Positions 1-13,194 of a stretch of 64,000 nucleotides of DNA are shown one piece after another. Each line of letters opens with the position of its first letter. Positions within the stretch are counted from its first letter, which is position 1. Location of the stretch: contig NC_087437.1 of NCBI RefSeq assembly GCF_036321535.1, forward strand, positions 55,492,001 to 55,556,000, written 5' to 3'. The notes beneath the pieces were generated by a model. That model was not told the DNA's origin and made no database searches. It saw only the letters and a program-made list of their open reading frames with translations. Position numbers and translations under genes: made by a program. This DNA is from Camelus dromedarius. Taxonomy: Eukaryota.

Positions 1-226
1 GAGTTTGAGATTTGCAGATGTTAGTCACTTTATAAAAAAATAAATTTAACAAAACAAATTTCTTCTGTATAGCACAAGGAGCTATATTCAGTATCTTGTA
101 ATAACCTTTAATGAAAAAGAATATGAAAACGAATATAAGTATGTATATGCATGACTGGGACATTGTGCTGTACGTGAGAAATTGACACATTGTAACTGAC
201 TGTACTTCAATAAAACAATTAAAAAA
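1..226 (+). mobile_element. LINE-1 3' UTR end (cetartiodactyl-type), cut by the window start
   Basis: Motifs tatagcacaaggagctatattcagtatcttgtaataacc...gaaaaagaatatgaaaacgaatata...ttgacacattgtaactgactgtacttcAATAAA, then an A-rich tail; homologous to 57425-57665 and to the reverse complement of 52855-53070. Confidence 0.9.
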
Positions 227-639
227 GAATTGAATGCATAATTTCCCAAAAACCCAAAACATCATAAAATAATAGAAAATGACTGAAAAGAAAAATGACT
301 ATTTTAATCATTAACAAATAAATACAATACTATAAGCAGCATCTTCTTAAGAAAACTTGACACCTGTCACGCCCAATTTTTGAAACAATGACATAATAGT
401 AACAAATTACAGACAACTGAGAAAATAAATAGTAATAATGAAAAGATATATTCAATCATCAAGCTAAATGGTCATTTATTTCTAGGGCATAAAAACAGTT
501 AAAGAGAGCAACGACTGTAATGTGATGGCAGATTCACATTATAAGGAGTAGAGCTTGAGGAGGAGGTTAAAAAAAGAAAGAAATATAATCACAGTAAAAA
601 GGCCTCACATGTATAATGCCATATAGTTTTCCAAATTAT

Positions 640-800
640 TATAGATGATTTCTTTTAATATTTACAAAAATTCTGTGATGTAGTGAAGGAGGCAAGGTGG
701 AGATTATTATTTCCATTTTATAGACATGGAAACTGAGGACCAGAGATGTTAATGGTCTTGTCTAAGGTCAAAGGACAGAGAAAAGGCTAAAAATTAGATC
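640..800 (-). mobile_element. MIR SINE fragment
   Basis: ttatttccattttatagacatggaaactgaggaccagagatgttaa...taaggtca matches the reverse-complemented MIR core. Confidence 0.75.
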
Positions 801-2044
801 TTGCACTTGGAGCTTTTCATTTGTTTTTATGCATTTATTGCTTAGCATTTTATAACAGTATGCATGTCAAAATCTATATGTGCTTACAAATGTATAACAG
901 AGTTTTGATGGCCAATAAATATGGACATATAGGAAAAAAGTAAGTTGTTAAGTTTTTAAAGCAGCAATGAAGTAATTGCAAAATAATTTTACTTTCCATT
1001 AAAAATCAATAAAAACTTTTCTAATTCAACTAGCCTTTAAATAATTCGAGAACTGTGTCGTATAAACACTTTTCTCTCTTCTTTAAAAAATGTTTAATAT
1101 TCATTTTATTTTCAGGGATGAGAAGTCTAGCATCTATAAAATTTGCCTATAAAAGGGGATTTTTCTCTTTATATAAAAATCAAAGTCAGGTAAGGATTAA
1201 ACTGAAGATGATTGTTTACATTCTGTTTTTGAAATGTACACTAATGTGTGACGTGGACTTATCAGACCACCAGGCACATTTTGCCAGAAAAGGTGTGATG
1301 AGAACACATTGAGCAGACAGATAGAAGGAGGGTGTGGCATATGGTGCTGAGGAGCCAATAGGAATGGCAGCCCCGACCCTGTAACTAAGGGGAAAACAGG
1401 AGTTCTAACTCCCCACTCCAAGCTGATTGTCCAGGGCCAGTGGGATCAGTAGATGTCAGAGTTTAAAGATCCCCTGGTTCATTTATAGACAGAAAAATAT
1501 GAAGCTAAAGAAAGAGAGATACTTGCAGATTATCAGGAAGAATAACCATTTTCCATGACTTCCACTCTCAGCTTCGCCCACCCCCTCGTATTTAGAGGAA
1601 TAACGTAGGAGCCGGTGGTGAGAGCAGCAAGAACTGGGTGTGTGCTACGTTACTCCTGCGGCCTCTGGGATCTTCCCCACCCCTCCCGTCTTTCCCAGGG
1701 GCAAGTGGGATTGACCTACAGCCCACCATGCAGTTCCTTGCACTGAAACTTGCTCATCCATCTCCACGATCCCCTGCCTGGTTAGCTAGTGTCTGTCACT
1801 GTGATGTGAGGGAAAATGCAATGTGCTGGTGCTCAGAAGTTCCACATTCCACCTATGAAATCCAAGACCAGTTCCTTAACTTTACAGGGCCTTAGTTTTT
1901 TTCACCCCTTACATGAGGTTAAACAGTTCCTACCATGACACCGTCCCACATTTTATGAGGATTAAATCAGTTGGAGGGTATTAAGGTTTGTAAACCCTGA
2001 GGAACAGCATAGGTGTTAATTAACACCATCTGTTCCTGAGGGGA

Positions 2045-2290
2045 GTGTGGAATAGTGGTTAGATGCTCAGGAGCTACAACTAAACCAAGTGTGTTTGAAT
2101 GCTGCTTTTGCCACTTATAAGCTGTTGAAACTCAACGTGCGTTGTGCGACTTTGCTAAATCTCAGGTTCCTCATTCTGAAATGGCAGTAACAGTAATAGT
2201 TGCTACCTCCCCTCCATGGATGGCTTTGAGGGTTGAGTTAGCCAATGCCACAGTGGCTGACACAGAGTGAGCAATCAGCACGTTTCCATT
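2045..2290 (+). mobile_element. MIR SINE, near full length
   Basis: gtggaatagtggttag...tttgaat...gccacttataagctg...ctcaggttcctcattctgaaatgg...aatagttgctacctc. Confidence 0.7.
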
Positions 2291-3339
2291 ACTGTGACAT
2301 CACATCTACCAACTGCTGTGATTCTCAAAATCTGGAAAAATCTGGAAAAGCAGGCCTTTCTCGAAGTCCACACTAGAATTCCTTACACTGAGGCAATCGC
2401 CCGGGTGCTTTTTTGAGCTAATCCCTAACTACCCCTGGGAATTTCATTACTCCTAAGGTTTTAGATGCAGTTATTTTTATAGTGGGCTGTCGGAGTGAAA
2501 AAAAAAAAATCAATAGAATTTTTTTTCCATATATTTTCTTACTTCTGTGTTACCTCTAATTTTTCCTGGGAGGATCATGCACTTTGCAGGGGTCGGGGTG
2601 GGGGTGGGAGTATCTGAGGAAAGGGAACAAAACAGACTGGGATAGATTACCAGACAGGGGATCTAGTCTTAAGTCTGCCCCTAAGTCGTGGTGTGATCTG
2701 TCACCTTAGGTTTCTTTCCTGGGAATTCCAGTTTCCCATTGCTGGAACGAGGAGGGTAAGATTAGAGTTCCTCAGTGAGGTATAATAGTCATGCAGGAGC
2801 ATCTAGCAAAGTTTCTGGCACATTCTCTCCTTCTTTCCTTTTACAGGAATTTCTAGTTCTAATATTCTGTAATTTTAGAATTGTGTCTTTTGGCAAAGTC
2901 AGACCTCTCTGTCTTAGCTATGTAGAGGTGTTTTAGCATAAGGGCAGAACATAGTGGAAAAGGTCCTAGGAAAACAGGTGGTTTCTTGGTCTTAGAAACT
3001 CTTTCCTAGTCTACCTCTCAGACAGTTCCTTTCATGATAATTTTCTGATATCTTTCCAGTTGAGGCCATGATACTCTTGGATACAAAGCCAAAGCCATAT
3101 GTCCTTTGAGTCATTCTCCCCAAAGTGGTGATCCGTATCCTGATGGCCAGTCATACAGAATAATCTACCAGAGTCCTTTGGAAACCAATGTTTATTAAAG
3201 GAGGGTGGACCGCATTGAGCCAGCCCTGTAGACCACACAGAGAATCGAACTTAGAAGCCTCGCTTAATTAATTGCTCTAATTGGCTCTTCTAACCAGCCA
3301 GCAGCTTCACTACAAAGATAGTATCTGTGAGAGCTGCGA

Positions 3340-3490
3340 AAGAATCTTAGGTATCTTCTCTAAACAAGCTCCTCATTTCATAGGAAGGGAAACCAAGGAT
3401 GAGAGAGCACAAGTGACTGCCCAGGGGTCAGAGGTCAGTAGGAGAGGTAGCCGTGAGGCTGGATCTCCCGACTCCCAGCCATTATAGCAC
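3340..3490 (-). mobile_element. MIR SINE fragment
   Basis: cctcatttcataggaagggaaaccaagg...aagtgactgcccaggggtcagag...tctcccgactcccag. Confidence 0.65.
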
Positions 3491-3990
3491 CAGCACCTTA
3501 AAGTCATGTCACACGATGGAGAACAAGTTTTCCTTCATGTTAAACTTATCTTCCTTCCACCAAATTTTCCAATTTTCCAAATCTCCTCCAGACACTCAAG
3601 TTTAGTAACTTAATGGACAATGTTTTGTACTCCTTAAACGAAAGGCACTGCCAAGGCTGTTTAAAATGGCCCGGAGATGGAGTCTGCTGTCCTTGCACTG
3701 GTCCCATCTCTGGTCAGACACCATTCACCAAATGGCATCTCAGTGCATGGATTTCAGGGTTTTGTCCTATGGATTTAGTTGGTCTGCTGTCCCTGCTGCT
3801 GGAGGTACAGGTTATCCAGTCTTTTGCCTCTGTTGCCCCTGTGGGGAGACTTGTGCCTGGTAATGTCAGGGTGTAGGTCCTGCAGAACCCAGGTAGAACA
3901 AGGTGTGAGAGGTCACGGGGATGCCTGTTGACTAGGGTGATGGGTTTATGGAGAATCCTGAGGAAGCTGAGGAATATCGTGTACACAGAG

Positions 3991-4171
3991 CAGAGGTTCT
4001 TAATCTTGAGCATCAGAATCACCTAGAAGGCTGGTTAAAACACAGATTTGGGGCCCTACCCCCAAATTTTCTGATTCAGTAGAGCTGAAGGGGTCCAAAA
4101 ATTGCATTTCTATCCATTTCTCTAGTGATGCTGGTGCTAATGGTCTGGGGGCCACACTTGGAGATCCACTG
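3991..4171. mobile_element. MER5A-like non-autonomous hAT-Charlie DNA transposon
   Basis: Ends cagaggttcttaa.../...ttggagatccactg (degenerate terminal inverted repeats); internal gcatcagaatcacctagaagg...tttctgattcagtag...gtgatgctggtgct. Confidence 0.85.
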
Positions 4172-4934
4172 GCCTACAGTGTAGTGTTGATGCGCACAGC
4201 TGATATCCTGCCACACACAGCTGATGTCCAATAATTTGAATGGAATATAAAGAATTCTGGAGGCTCTCTCTGTAATGGGCTCCCTGGGCAAGGACTTCAG
4301 CTTTTTTCCTTTGGGTCAACTTGGGTCTTTAACGATCTGGCTAGCATTTAGAAAGGCATCTGATATTCTGGTTTTAATGTAAACACTTCCCACCTGTCCC
4401 AAGTATGTGCATCCCTTTCCAAGAGCTTCAACATTTCTGACATTGGCAGAACCCTAATCTCTCTCCTCCCTCCTCACTCTCTCCCTCTCTCGTGGCCAGC
4501 ATCTGTTCTTTTCACAGCTGTGGCTGTTTCCTTCTGTCTGCCTCTTTCTCCTCTTGTCCCCAGCCTCTCACCAGCCCCTCCCCCAATTTGGATCAAAATA
4601 CTCTGTTTTTATTTATTTACTCCACAGCTGTCAGTGTTGTGTCTGGGTCACTGCAGTGCAACTTGCAGGGAAATGCGATCCACGAAGAGTCCTTAAAACT
4701 GCAGATACACGTAGCAACTAATGTACCCACACTCAATAGCAGACACCTTCCTTGGTCCTTAGGTGGATCTGAAAATGGCTGGCTTAGGGCTGTGTTTCAG
4801 GGTGACCCCAGGAGGAATGAAGCCTAATGGTCCTAGGAATTTACACTCAGCCATTTAAAGGTATTGAACAATTCTGAGTATTTAAAACTTTAGCGTGAGA
4901 AAAGGAGATGGAATTGTTCGGGAAAAAGAGCTCT

Positions 4935-5075
4935 AAATTAGGAGTCCGGAAACTAAAGTTCTAATTCGGGCTCTGCTACCAATAAGCTAAGTGACCTGAA
5001 GCAAGGCGCCCTCTCTCTCCTTTCTCTCTCTTTCATCCTTAAATTGAAAATAGTGGACTTGATAATTTCCAAAGC
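4935..5075 (+). mobile_element. MIR/MIR3 SINE fragment
   Basis: ttctaattcgggctctgctaccaataagctaagtgacctgaagcaagg...ttcatccttaaattg. Confidence 0.6.
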
Positions 5076-8000
5076 CCCACCCTCAGTGGGTCTAAGTAAT
5101 AAAAATGTGAAGACTCCACTGAGTGTTTGATTTCTATATGGTGGTGCCGCATAGTGTACATAGTGAGCCCAGGTCATGGTCTAGGGAGTTTCCAATCTTT
5201 CACTGAGGTAACTGCAGAGCTAGAATATAAGTTAACAAATCAACCAATGAGGGTTTATTCAGCAAGCAAATGTCTAAAGGAGATTTGAGAGAGGCAGCTT
5301 GACAGGCTAATTTCACTAGTGGTTGAAAAGGCACTGACTTGGACCAGCCATAGGAAAGGTAATGGATATGAAAGACAAATCATTGTGATACAGAAGGAAA
5401 GTGACCAGACTCTGGGAGTCTTGTCCTGTCTTTTGTCCTTCATGTGCATGTTCTGAGCCAAACTGACCTGAAGGGTGAAAAGCAGAGTCATGCAGATAGT
5501 AGTGCAGAAAAGATCCAGTGGGTGAACTGAATATTGAATACTGCCTGATAAGACTTTTTTATTCAATTGCACTGATTTCTCACATTAGTAGGTAATCTTT
5601 CTGGAAAGAGGTTAGTGTCATATAGGCTTAAGGGAAAAAAATTCTTCTTAATGCCCAAAGTGCAATCCTCTGTAAATCTTATTTATTTTTCTCTTATTGT
5701 CTTAATATTTTTTGTTAGTAAGTGGTGACCACCAAAAAAAGATGAAAGATTGCATTAAATTATAATTTACTTTTTAGAGCCGATTGCAATTACAGTACGC
5801 AATCACACCGTCTTTTTCATTTGATGAAGACAATAACCCTACGAGGTTGCCAAGTAATCATTATTCTCATTCTTCACATTAAGAATCTGGGATCAGAGAG
5901 GATCGTGGACTTTGTTCACACAGTTAGTGAGTGTGATAATGTCACCAAAATACAGGTTTTAATTTTCATTAATTTAAAAACATTTAATGTATCTTGGAAA
6001 TAGGACTTCCCGGTGTGTGTGAAGATAGTACGTTTTCTGTCCTCAAAGGCAGTTCAGTGAGGAGCGTCAGGGGTGTGAATGAGTGGGTGTTAACAGTGAG
6101 TTCCAGATGCTGTGGTGAAAGTACTGTGTCAAGGAGGTGCACAAAGGTGGAAACTTCAGGAAAGGAAGTCACACTGTTTTCTGTTAATCTCTAAGTTATG
6201 AAAGTTTCCTGTCTGACAGACATTCAGGCTGCATTTTATTATCTCTATTCCTTAACATCAAACAACTCAATATGTAGCGTCCATACTAATAAAAATTTAT
6301 ATAGAATAAATACTTTCCTCTAGAAATACTGACTATGACACCAATTTCTATAAAATAAATACAACCAATCACATCACATAAAGTATAAATCAAATGTATT
6401 TCTGTGATGAGAAACATCTCAAAATATGACTTTGAAAATATTTTACTGAAGAAAGAGTAAGGAGAGGGCCAGTTCCAGGCATTCTATGCCATGTTAAGCT
6501 ATTGGTCTATGGCCAGCAGGTCACCTTTCCTTCACAGGACTTCCTCTATATTGCAGAAACTTTTCAATTTTAGTATTTCCCCAACATGTTAATCATTCTC
6601 CTGCCTTCATTTATCATCCTTTATTTTATGTTTTCCTTGTTGGTAAAATCTTAGCAGAAAAAATTCCACTGTGAATAGAGGCCATTTCAAAAGACAGGCT
6701 AGTTGTCTTTTTAATACTGTTTTTCAAGTCTTTGACTCCTTTCAGAGTCATGTGTACTTATTTTCATAGAGCATTAGGGCATAACTTTACAAAGATTATA
6801 TGGAGTGTGGTTGTTTGTAAAATAAATCAATACGCCTGCTTAACATTTCCTCATTACTTTCTTCCAATGAAAGACATGCTCTGAACTTTACATGATGAAA
6901 GAATCTTTCCCTGAACATATGTGCAAAATTCCTCCAATAAATACTTACTGAGCGAGAGCAGCTATGCTGGGTGAACTAGTGGAGTTCTCAGAGGAACCTT
7001 AGGAATGATTTAATTAAATACTTTTATTTTAGAGAAGTTCAGTAATTACCATAACTTCCCCAACAATTCAGAGGCAGAGATAGCTCTAAAATAGGACACC
7101 GCTGATTTCCATCCTCAGAGACTACTTTCCTGTAACTGACTTAAGGTCAATGGTATTTTCAAGCAGGTAATTTTCCCAGTCCCACAATTTCAACACAGAC
7201 TTAATTTGATCACAGATTCTTTAGAAACTTCTAGTTCACCAGATGCTGTACCAAATCCTGTTGAAGCTATTTGAGAATAGTGATACTTAGAAACCTCAAT
7301 CAGATACTTACAGATCTCCTAAGCATGTAATTGACAGCAGCATTCTATAGGGCAAAGACCCCTGGTTTGTCCGTCGGTAAAGAATCCCACTAACAATTTT
7401 CTGGGAGCCCTTAAGCAGGTCTTCATTTTTCTTTAGTAAAATTATGAGACTGGTTTAAAGATCTCAGTTTTTTTTTTCCTTACATTTTGATTCTATAACT
7501 AAAATTTGGCTATTGTATAGATTTTCAGGATGATAATGACTATATGAGTCTCATTACCTTAAAGAGTATTTCATGTCATGCGAATTTTAATTGGTGTCTC
7601 ATTGTTCATTGATTTAAGTATTTAATATAGAATTTTTTTTTTAATTTTAACAGGCATATATACATATATATTTCTACCTATCTATACTCATCAATGTATG
7701 GGGATTTTGAATTGTGCTTACCCAAAGGTAATTGTCCTGTGAAAGAAAAATGTAGTCTTTTCCATGGAAAACCAGTCCACTTAAATCTAACTGTAAATAG
7801 ACCAGTAACACCTCTATGCTTTTGTTTATGAAACTGACAGAAGTTTAGCCTTGGGTAAAATCAGCTCAGTGCACAGTGAGAGGAATGTGGTGGCCTACAC
7901 CACCACTGAGAGCAGACTAAAAATTCCTCTTAAGTGGCCTGCAGTTGGAATGGACTGCACCGTAAATTCTTTCCATATCCAATTCTCATGATTCTGCAAT

Positions 8001-8994
8001 AACTGCACTTCCTGAACGTAAAAATAGGCTGTTAGCAGAGCGGTGGAATGGTGACTCCCTTCCACCCTAGGGAGGAAGGGTCTCTGTTGGGTGAGTAACT
8101 TACAAAGCTGGACAAGTCCGATTCCCAACCAGATTTACCTTTTTTCGACTCAAGTGAAATACCCTCACGTGACTTCTTTTTTAAACCACCTAAATTTTGA
8201 GGAACTGATATGACTGTGAATGCTGAGATGTAGTGGACACATTCTTGGAAGTGAAAGGTACTCTAAAAATACAGATATCATTGACCTGGCATCAATAGGC
8301 TCTCGCTCCATCCCTTCCTTCCCCTCCCCCCACCCCTGCAGTCTATCTTCAGTAAAAGTGCATCCAAATATAAAGTAGATGGGTCGTGTCCCATTCCATG
8401 GGATCTTGAAATGTCTGTACTTAAAACGGGATGAGGCTAAAGCTGTATTTGAAGTGTCCTAAACTAGGGCACCGAGAGCAGCTGCTCTTATTTCCAGCTG
8501 GTTCCCTCAGCCTGGCAGGGAGGAAGGGCAATAGTTACCTTGACAAATTCTCATTTCCAGGCATTTGGAGATTCAGCTGTGTAGACTGCTCAAGGCAAAA
8601 AGCTGACAAGCTCAAAGCAAAAACGAAACAAAACGAAAACCTAAGAAAAACAGAAAGCAAGAATCAGAATAATGATAACAAGAATGATTCCAACATGATT
8701 TTTTAAAGGAAATAATCCATCTAAAAGTGTGAATAAAACACATCCCACAATCTATACTCTTCAAAATGACTAATTTGTATATCACTGGATAGCTTGTTTA
8801 ACTCTGCTGCTTCTGATGTTTGTAGATGTTCATACTCACAAGGAAGAGACAGGTATTCAAAACTTTTCAGGGAGTCTTTGATGACTACCTTTGGAAAATG
8901 AGATATATCTATGTAGAGGCTCAGTCTATAGAATCAGGCTTAAAGTAATGAGAAATAACTTACAGATACAGAAAAATTCATCATTTGCTTTATC

Positions 8995-9225
8995 ATTACT
9001 ATTGCTGTCTACCATTTACTGAGATTCTACCTTACATCAGGGATTGCATTAAAATCTTTACTTATGTTATTTCCATTTTTGCCACAAGCCTATGAAATAA
9101 GTCATGATTAGTGTCATTTTACAAATGTAGGAAGCAAAGCTCAGAGAAATTAAATTAACCAAGTTTACGCAACTAGACAATGGTGGATCAAGGATTTAAA
9201 CTCAATCAAATCATACTACAAGCCT
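8995..9225 (-). mobile_element. MIR SINE
   Basis: accatttactgagattctac...cattttacaaatgtaggaagcaaagctcagagaaattaaattaaccaag...ggatttaaactc. Confidence 0.7.
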
Positions 9226-9479
9226 GTCTTTAAAAACATGACATTATGTGGCAGGAAAAAAAACTGAAATTACAACTGATATTTTAGTTCCTTAGCCCTA
9301 GAATTCCCCTTGATGCCATGATGCTACCCAGCTGAACTAGGTAAATCTAAATTTATTAACTCAGGAATGAAATAGCAGAGCAAGATGAGTGAAAAAAAGA
9401 CTTACTATTTTGGCTTCTGAGCTTTAAAACAGTAGCCCTTGGAGAGAGGCAGAGACCTGCTGGTTTCATACCAATCCCA

Positions 9480-9815
9480 ATTCGTCTTATTCCCAGCCTC
9501 CTTTGCAGTTAGGTGTTGCTGTGGAATATGAGTTGAAGTGATGTTCACTGTATCCAGGACAGGGGCATTAAAAAAATAAACACCTTGACATGGGATAATC
9601 CATGCTCCTTTTCCCTCCCTGCTGGCTGGCTGACTGGAATGAGAAGACCTGTTTGGCAAACTCAAAGGGTGTTTGTCAGACGTGATGGAGCCCAGTATCT
9701 TTGCATGGAGGAGAGCCACAGTTTGGAGGATCAGCAACACCTGTTTCAAACTTTACTTGAAGAAATAAATTTTTACTGTGTCAAGCCACTCCGATTTGGG
9801 GTTTATGTATCACAC
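9480..9815 (+). mobile_element. MLT1-type (ERVL-MaLR) solo LTR fragment
   Basis: ttcccagcctcctttgcagttaggtgt... and the 3' end gaaataaatttttactgtgtcaagccactccgatttggggtttatg typical of old MLT1H/I/J LTRs. Confidence 0.7.
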
Positions 9816-9949
9816 ACTAATATAGATGAAAATGGGAAAAATGTTTCAAAAATAGATTTAGAAAGATATTTAATAAATATTTATATGGGAGTGTGGGGCA
9901 GGAGGCAGAGTTTTCCCACTTGGAGTCCAGATAAGGATTTCTTGAAAAC

Positions 9950-10335
9950 CTACAGGATAAATGACCTGGTTTCTTCTAGAAAAGATTGTTATTCTGTTTG
10001 TTTGTTTGTTTGTTTGTTTGGGGGGAAAGGCAGTGGAGGAAAGGAAGGTGTATGAAGATTGATGGAGCCTGCTTATAGATAAAAAATAGATTTCTAAGAC
10101 ATAGCAATCAACAGCAATAAACCCTTCTTGTTTGAATCAAAATTCAGACAAATTGTTTAAAAAACAAAATATTTGTTAGACACTTTAGGTGTGAAATATG
10201 TGAATGCTAAGTAGATATTTGATGATACAAGGGAATTATTATTTTTTACTCTAATAGTACATTTTGCTTTTTAAAAGAATTCTTATCATTTAGAGATTGT
10301 CTAAATGTTTACAAATGAAATAATATGTTGTCTGG

Positions 10336-10427
<92 letters not shown>

Positions 10428-10610
10428 TCCTTCCTTCTTCTTTTTTTTTTAAATACCACCGGTGGGGAATGTGTAGGATTCTAGATAGGACAAGATTGGT
10501 TTTGGATAGATGATTGCTAGATCTGGGTAATGGATACGTGAGGTTTGTTATACTTTGTCTACTTTTGTATATGTTTGAAACTTTCTATAATTAAAAAAAG
10601 TTAAAAAAGA
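9950..10610 (+). mobile_element. Ancient L1 (L1MC-like) 3' UTR interrupted by a microsatellite
   Basis: gatatttgatgatacaagggaattatt...tttacaaatgaaataatatgttgtctgg [CTTT]n ...caagattgg...tctacttttgtatatgtttgaaactttctataattaaaaaaag. Confidence 0.75.
10337..10450. repeat. (CTTT)23 perfect tetranucleotide microsatellite with a CCTT/poly-T tail
   Basis: Read directly: 23 perfect units at 10337-10428, then ccttccttcttc and T10. Confidence 0.97.
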
Positions 10611-12029
10611 GAAGAAAGTATTTCCTAAATTGGGGAGAGAACTAAGTTACAAAACTATGAATATGTAGATATTATGAGACCCTGAAAAAGTTCTTTTGCC
10701 ATTTTTTTCTACCCCAGATTAAAACCTTGAGAAAGGTCATGGAGTCCTCATACAGGTTTGTAGAACTAGAGAGCTGAGAGGCCTGTGCCTTGCTTCCCAG
10801 GAAAGCCTGGGCACGAAGCGAAACCCAGTGTGGAAATGAGTACTTGGTATGCAGGAATAGAGCCCTGGCCTCACAGAGTCCCTTCTGGCTCAGTGTGGCT
10901 CGAAGCAGCAGAAGGAGACCAAGGAAATGCCGGGAAAGAACCAGACCTCTTGGCCATGAGCATGAGGGATGACCTAGTGGTGACCTGTGTGGACCTAGTG
11001 ACATGAATCAGGTTCATGGTGGATAGTTCAGTGAATGGTTAGATGTCATTAGAGGACCAGGTTCCTTCTGGTGTCTTAGCATAAAATAAATCCTTCAGAA
11101 CTTAGCTGAAAACATGGGACAAGGAGAGAACCCCTAAAGTGACCGAGATTAAATTTCCACCACCTGGTAGAATGCGAATACAACATATACAGTATGTTCA
11201 ATTATCTAAAAATAAAGGAAATGAAAAATTTTCCCACCCGCATGTTTGAACTACAATTCATATACACTACAATTATAGTGCCTTTCAAAAACCCAGTGAT
11301 TATTTCCACCTCGTTTAAGTACCCCAGATGAAGCTTGAAACACATCCTAGTTTCTCTATTTTTCTTCATTACCTTTATCTCAGCCCTTTAAATCAGTTAA
11401 ATATTTAAATTCTTAATTCCTATAGGAAAAACTCTCCCTGGGAGATAAGGACTCTGGGTTGGAGCCTGTGCTCTGCTAGAAACTATTTGTGTGACTGGTA
11501 GGTAAAAATAATTTACCTTTCTGGGCCTGAGGCTCTTCTTTAGTAAAATGAGGCTTTGACCCTAAATCTACATTCAAATTCTCTTTAAGAGTGGGTTTTT
11601 AGAGTTTTGTTTTGTTTTTGTCCTCTAGGGTGCCAAGAATGTCAGGGAATGTCAGACTATGCCATACAGATTCACTAGCTGACCTCATGTGATGAGGTTT
11701 CATGAATCATAGTCTAAAACAAAATTTTAAAATAGAATTCTCAAGCGATTAGGGGTTAGAAGTAATCAGTATTTTATGGGCATAATATTACTGGAGAAAT
11801 CATGAAATGACAAATTCTAAATACTAGAAGGGATCTTAGAGATTATCTAGTGCATTCTTCTTTGACCCAGAGAGACAGAGTTACTTATCTGATATTACAA
11901 ACAATCGTGGTAAAGCCCCACTTTGAACATGAGTTTTTTTTGTTTATTGTTCAGTTATCTTTTCACTATTCCTTCTAGCTTCAACTATATAGCTGTAGAT
12001 TTCAACATAACTATTTTGTTGTTTAATAC

Positions 12030-12560
12030 CAAATACCATTACTGAGCATCTGTGGTATACAGAGTGCTGTGAAAGCTTCTGTGTGAGTCATCGCCGGAGA
12101 GGTGGCACTCCCTTTGTGGGGAAGAGTCACCCATGTTAGTTAATTACACCAGCTAATGCAATTCCAAGTGGGCTTTGTTGAGAGCTTTCTTAGAAGCCTT
12201 AAAGAAGTGTTGTGAAGGTAAAGTTGAAAAAATGACAGTTCTGGGAGAACAGTATTTGACCTGGTTCTTGCAATTTGGGTAGAATTTTGTGAAACTTGGG
12301 CTGGGAAGAGTTAGGAAAGATACTTCAGGGGGGAAAAACATCATCAGTAAAGTCTGAACGAAAGAGAATGTAGAAAATTGGGAGGAAACTTCTATTATAC
12401 TGATGTACCCGGAATCATGGCAAAGCTGCAAATTAGACCTGGCGTTTGGACTTTACCATGGAAGGAGTCATTGAGTGGTCAGTAAAGGAAATGGACAATG
12501 GTGTGAGTTCTGTGGATACAGAGTCTCCTAAAATCAATTTTGGCAAAGTTAATCAGATCC
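12030..12560 (-). mobile_element. L2 LINE fragment
   Basis: ccattactgagcatctgtgg...gtgctgtg...gtttggactttaccatggaaggagtcattgag...aaaatcaattttggca. Confidence 0.55.
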
Positions 12561-13194
12561 CTGTTTGGACAGGTATGTTGTTTGCATGTTTCAGCAGTAC
12601 ACCTGAGCGTGGCAAAGTGATGGAGAGAAGCTTTCTCTGAGTCCCTAAGGAGATAAATGAAATTGGGGTTAGCTTCTTTGGGAACATTAAGTTTAAAATC
12701 TGAATTCAGCTAGGTACCCAATTAGGACTGGGAAGATGCTGGCTTCAGGCCAGAAATCAGAAATACAATGGTAAATTAACTTAAAGCGGTTTAAGTAGTT
12801 CTACATAAAACCATTTGCCCATAAGAGCTTTGGGTTGAAATAATTCACAAGTTCGAATTTTCAGTGATAGGAGCAGCTGACAATGTCTACCCTGGTTTTC
12901 CTCCCAAGGGTTTGTTTTAACACTGTCTCGCTTTTGCAGCATGTAAGGTTTAGCTTTGGTAATGAAAACCAATAATCAATTCTAAAAAATATGAGGTTTG
13001 CCAGACTCTAGGGTTTTCGTCAGTTTCCATCTGTGTTGCCTCTGCCTTTATATCCAGATGAAACTTACAAATAATTGTTGTCCCCAGGGGAATCATTTAT
13101 GACCTAGAAATAGAAAAATAAATGAAATCTGTATACTTCCTCTGATAGCATCTGGTCTTGCAAAAATTCCCTCCATGTGTACTTGCTTAAAATG

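Noticed and set aside
3714..4022. 102-aa minus ORF with a possible acceptor at 3958
   Set aside because: Starts inside MER5A, no recognisable homology and no linked exons
9585..10055. 156-aa ORF
   Set aside because: Runs across an MLT1 LTR, an L1 UTR and a (TTTG)n; no protein-like features
10325..10513. SFFL-repeat ORF
   Set aside because: Translation of the (CTTT)n microsatellite
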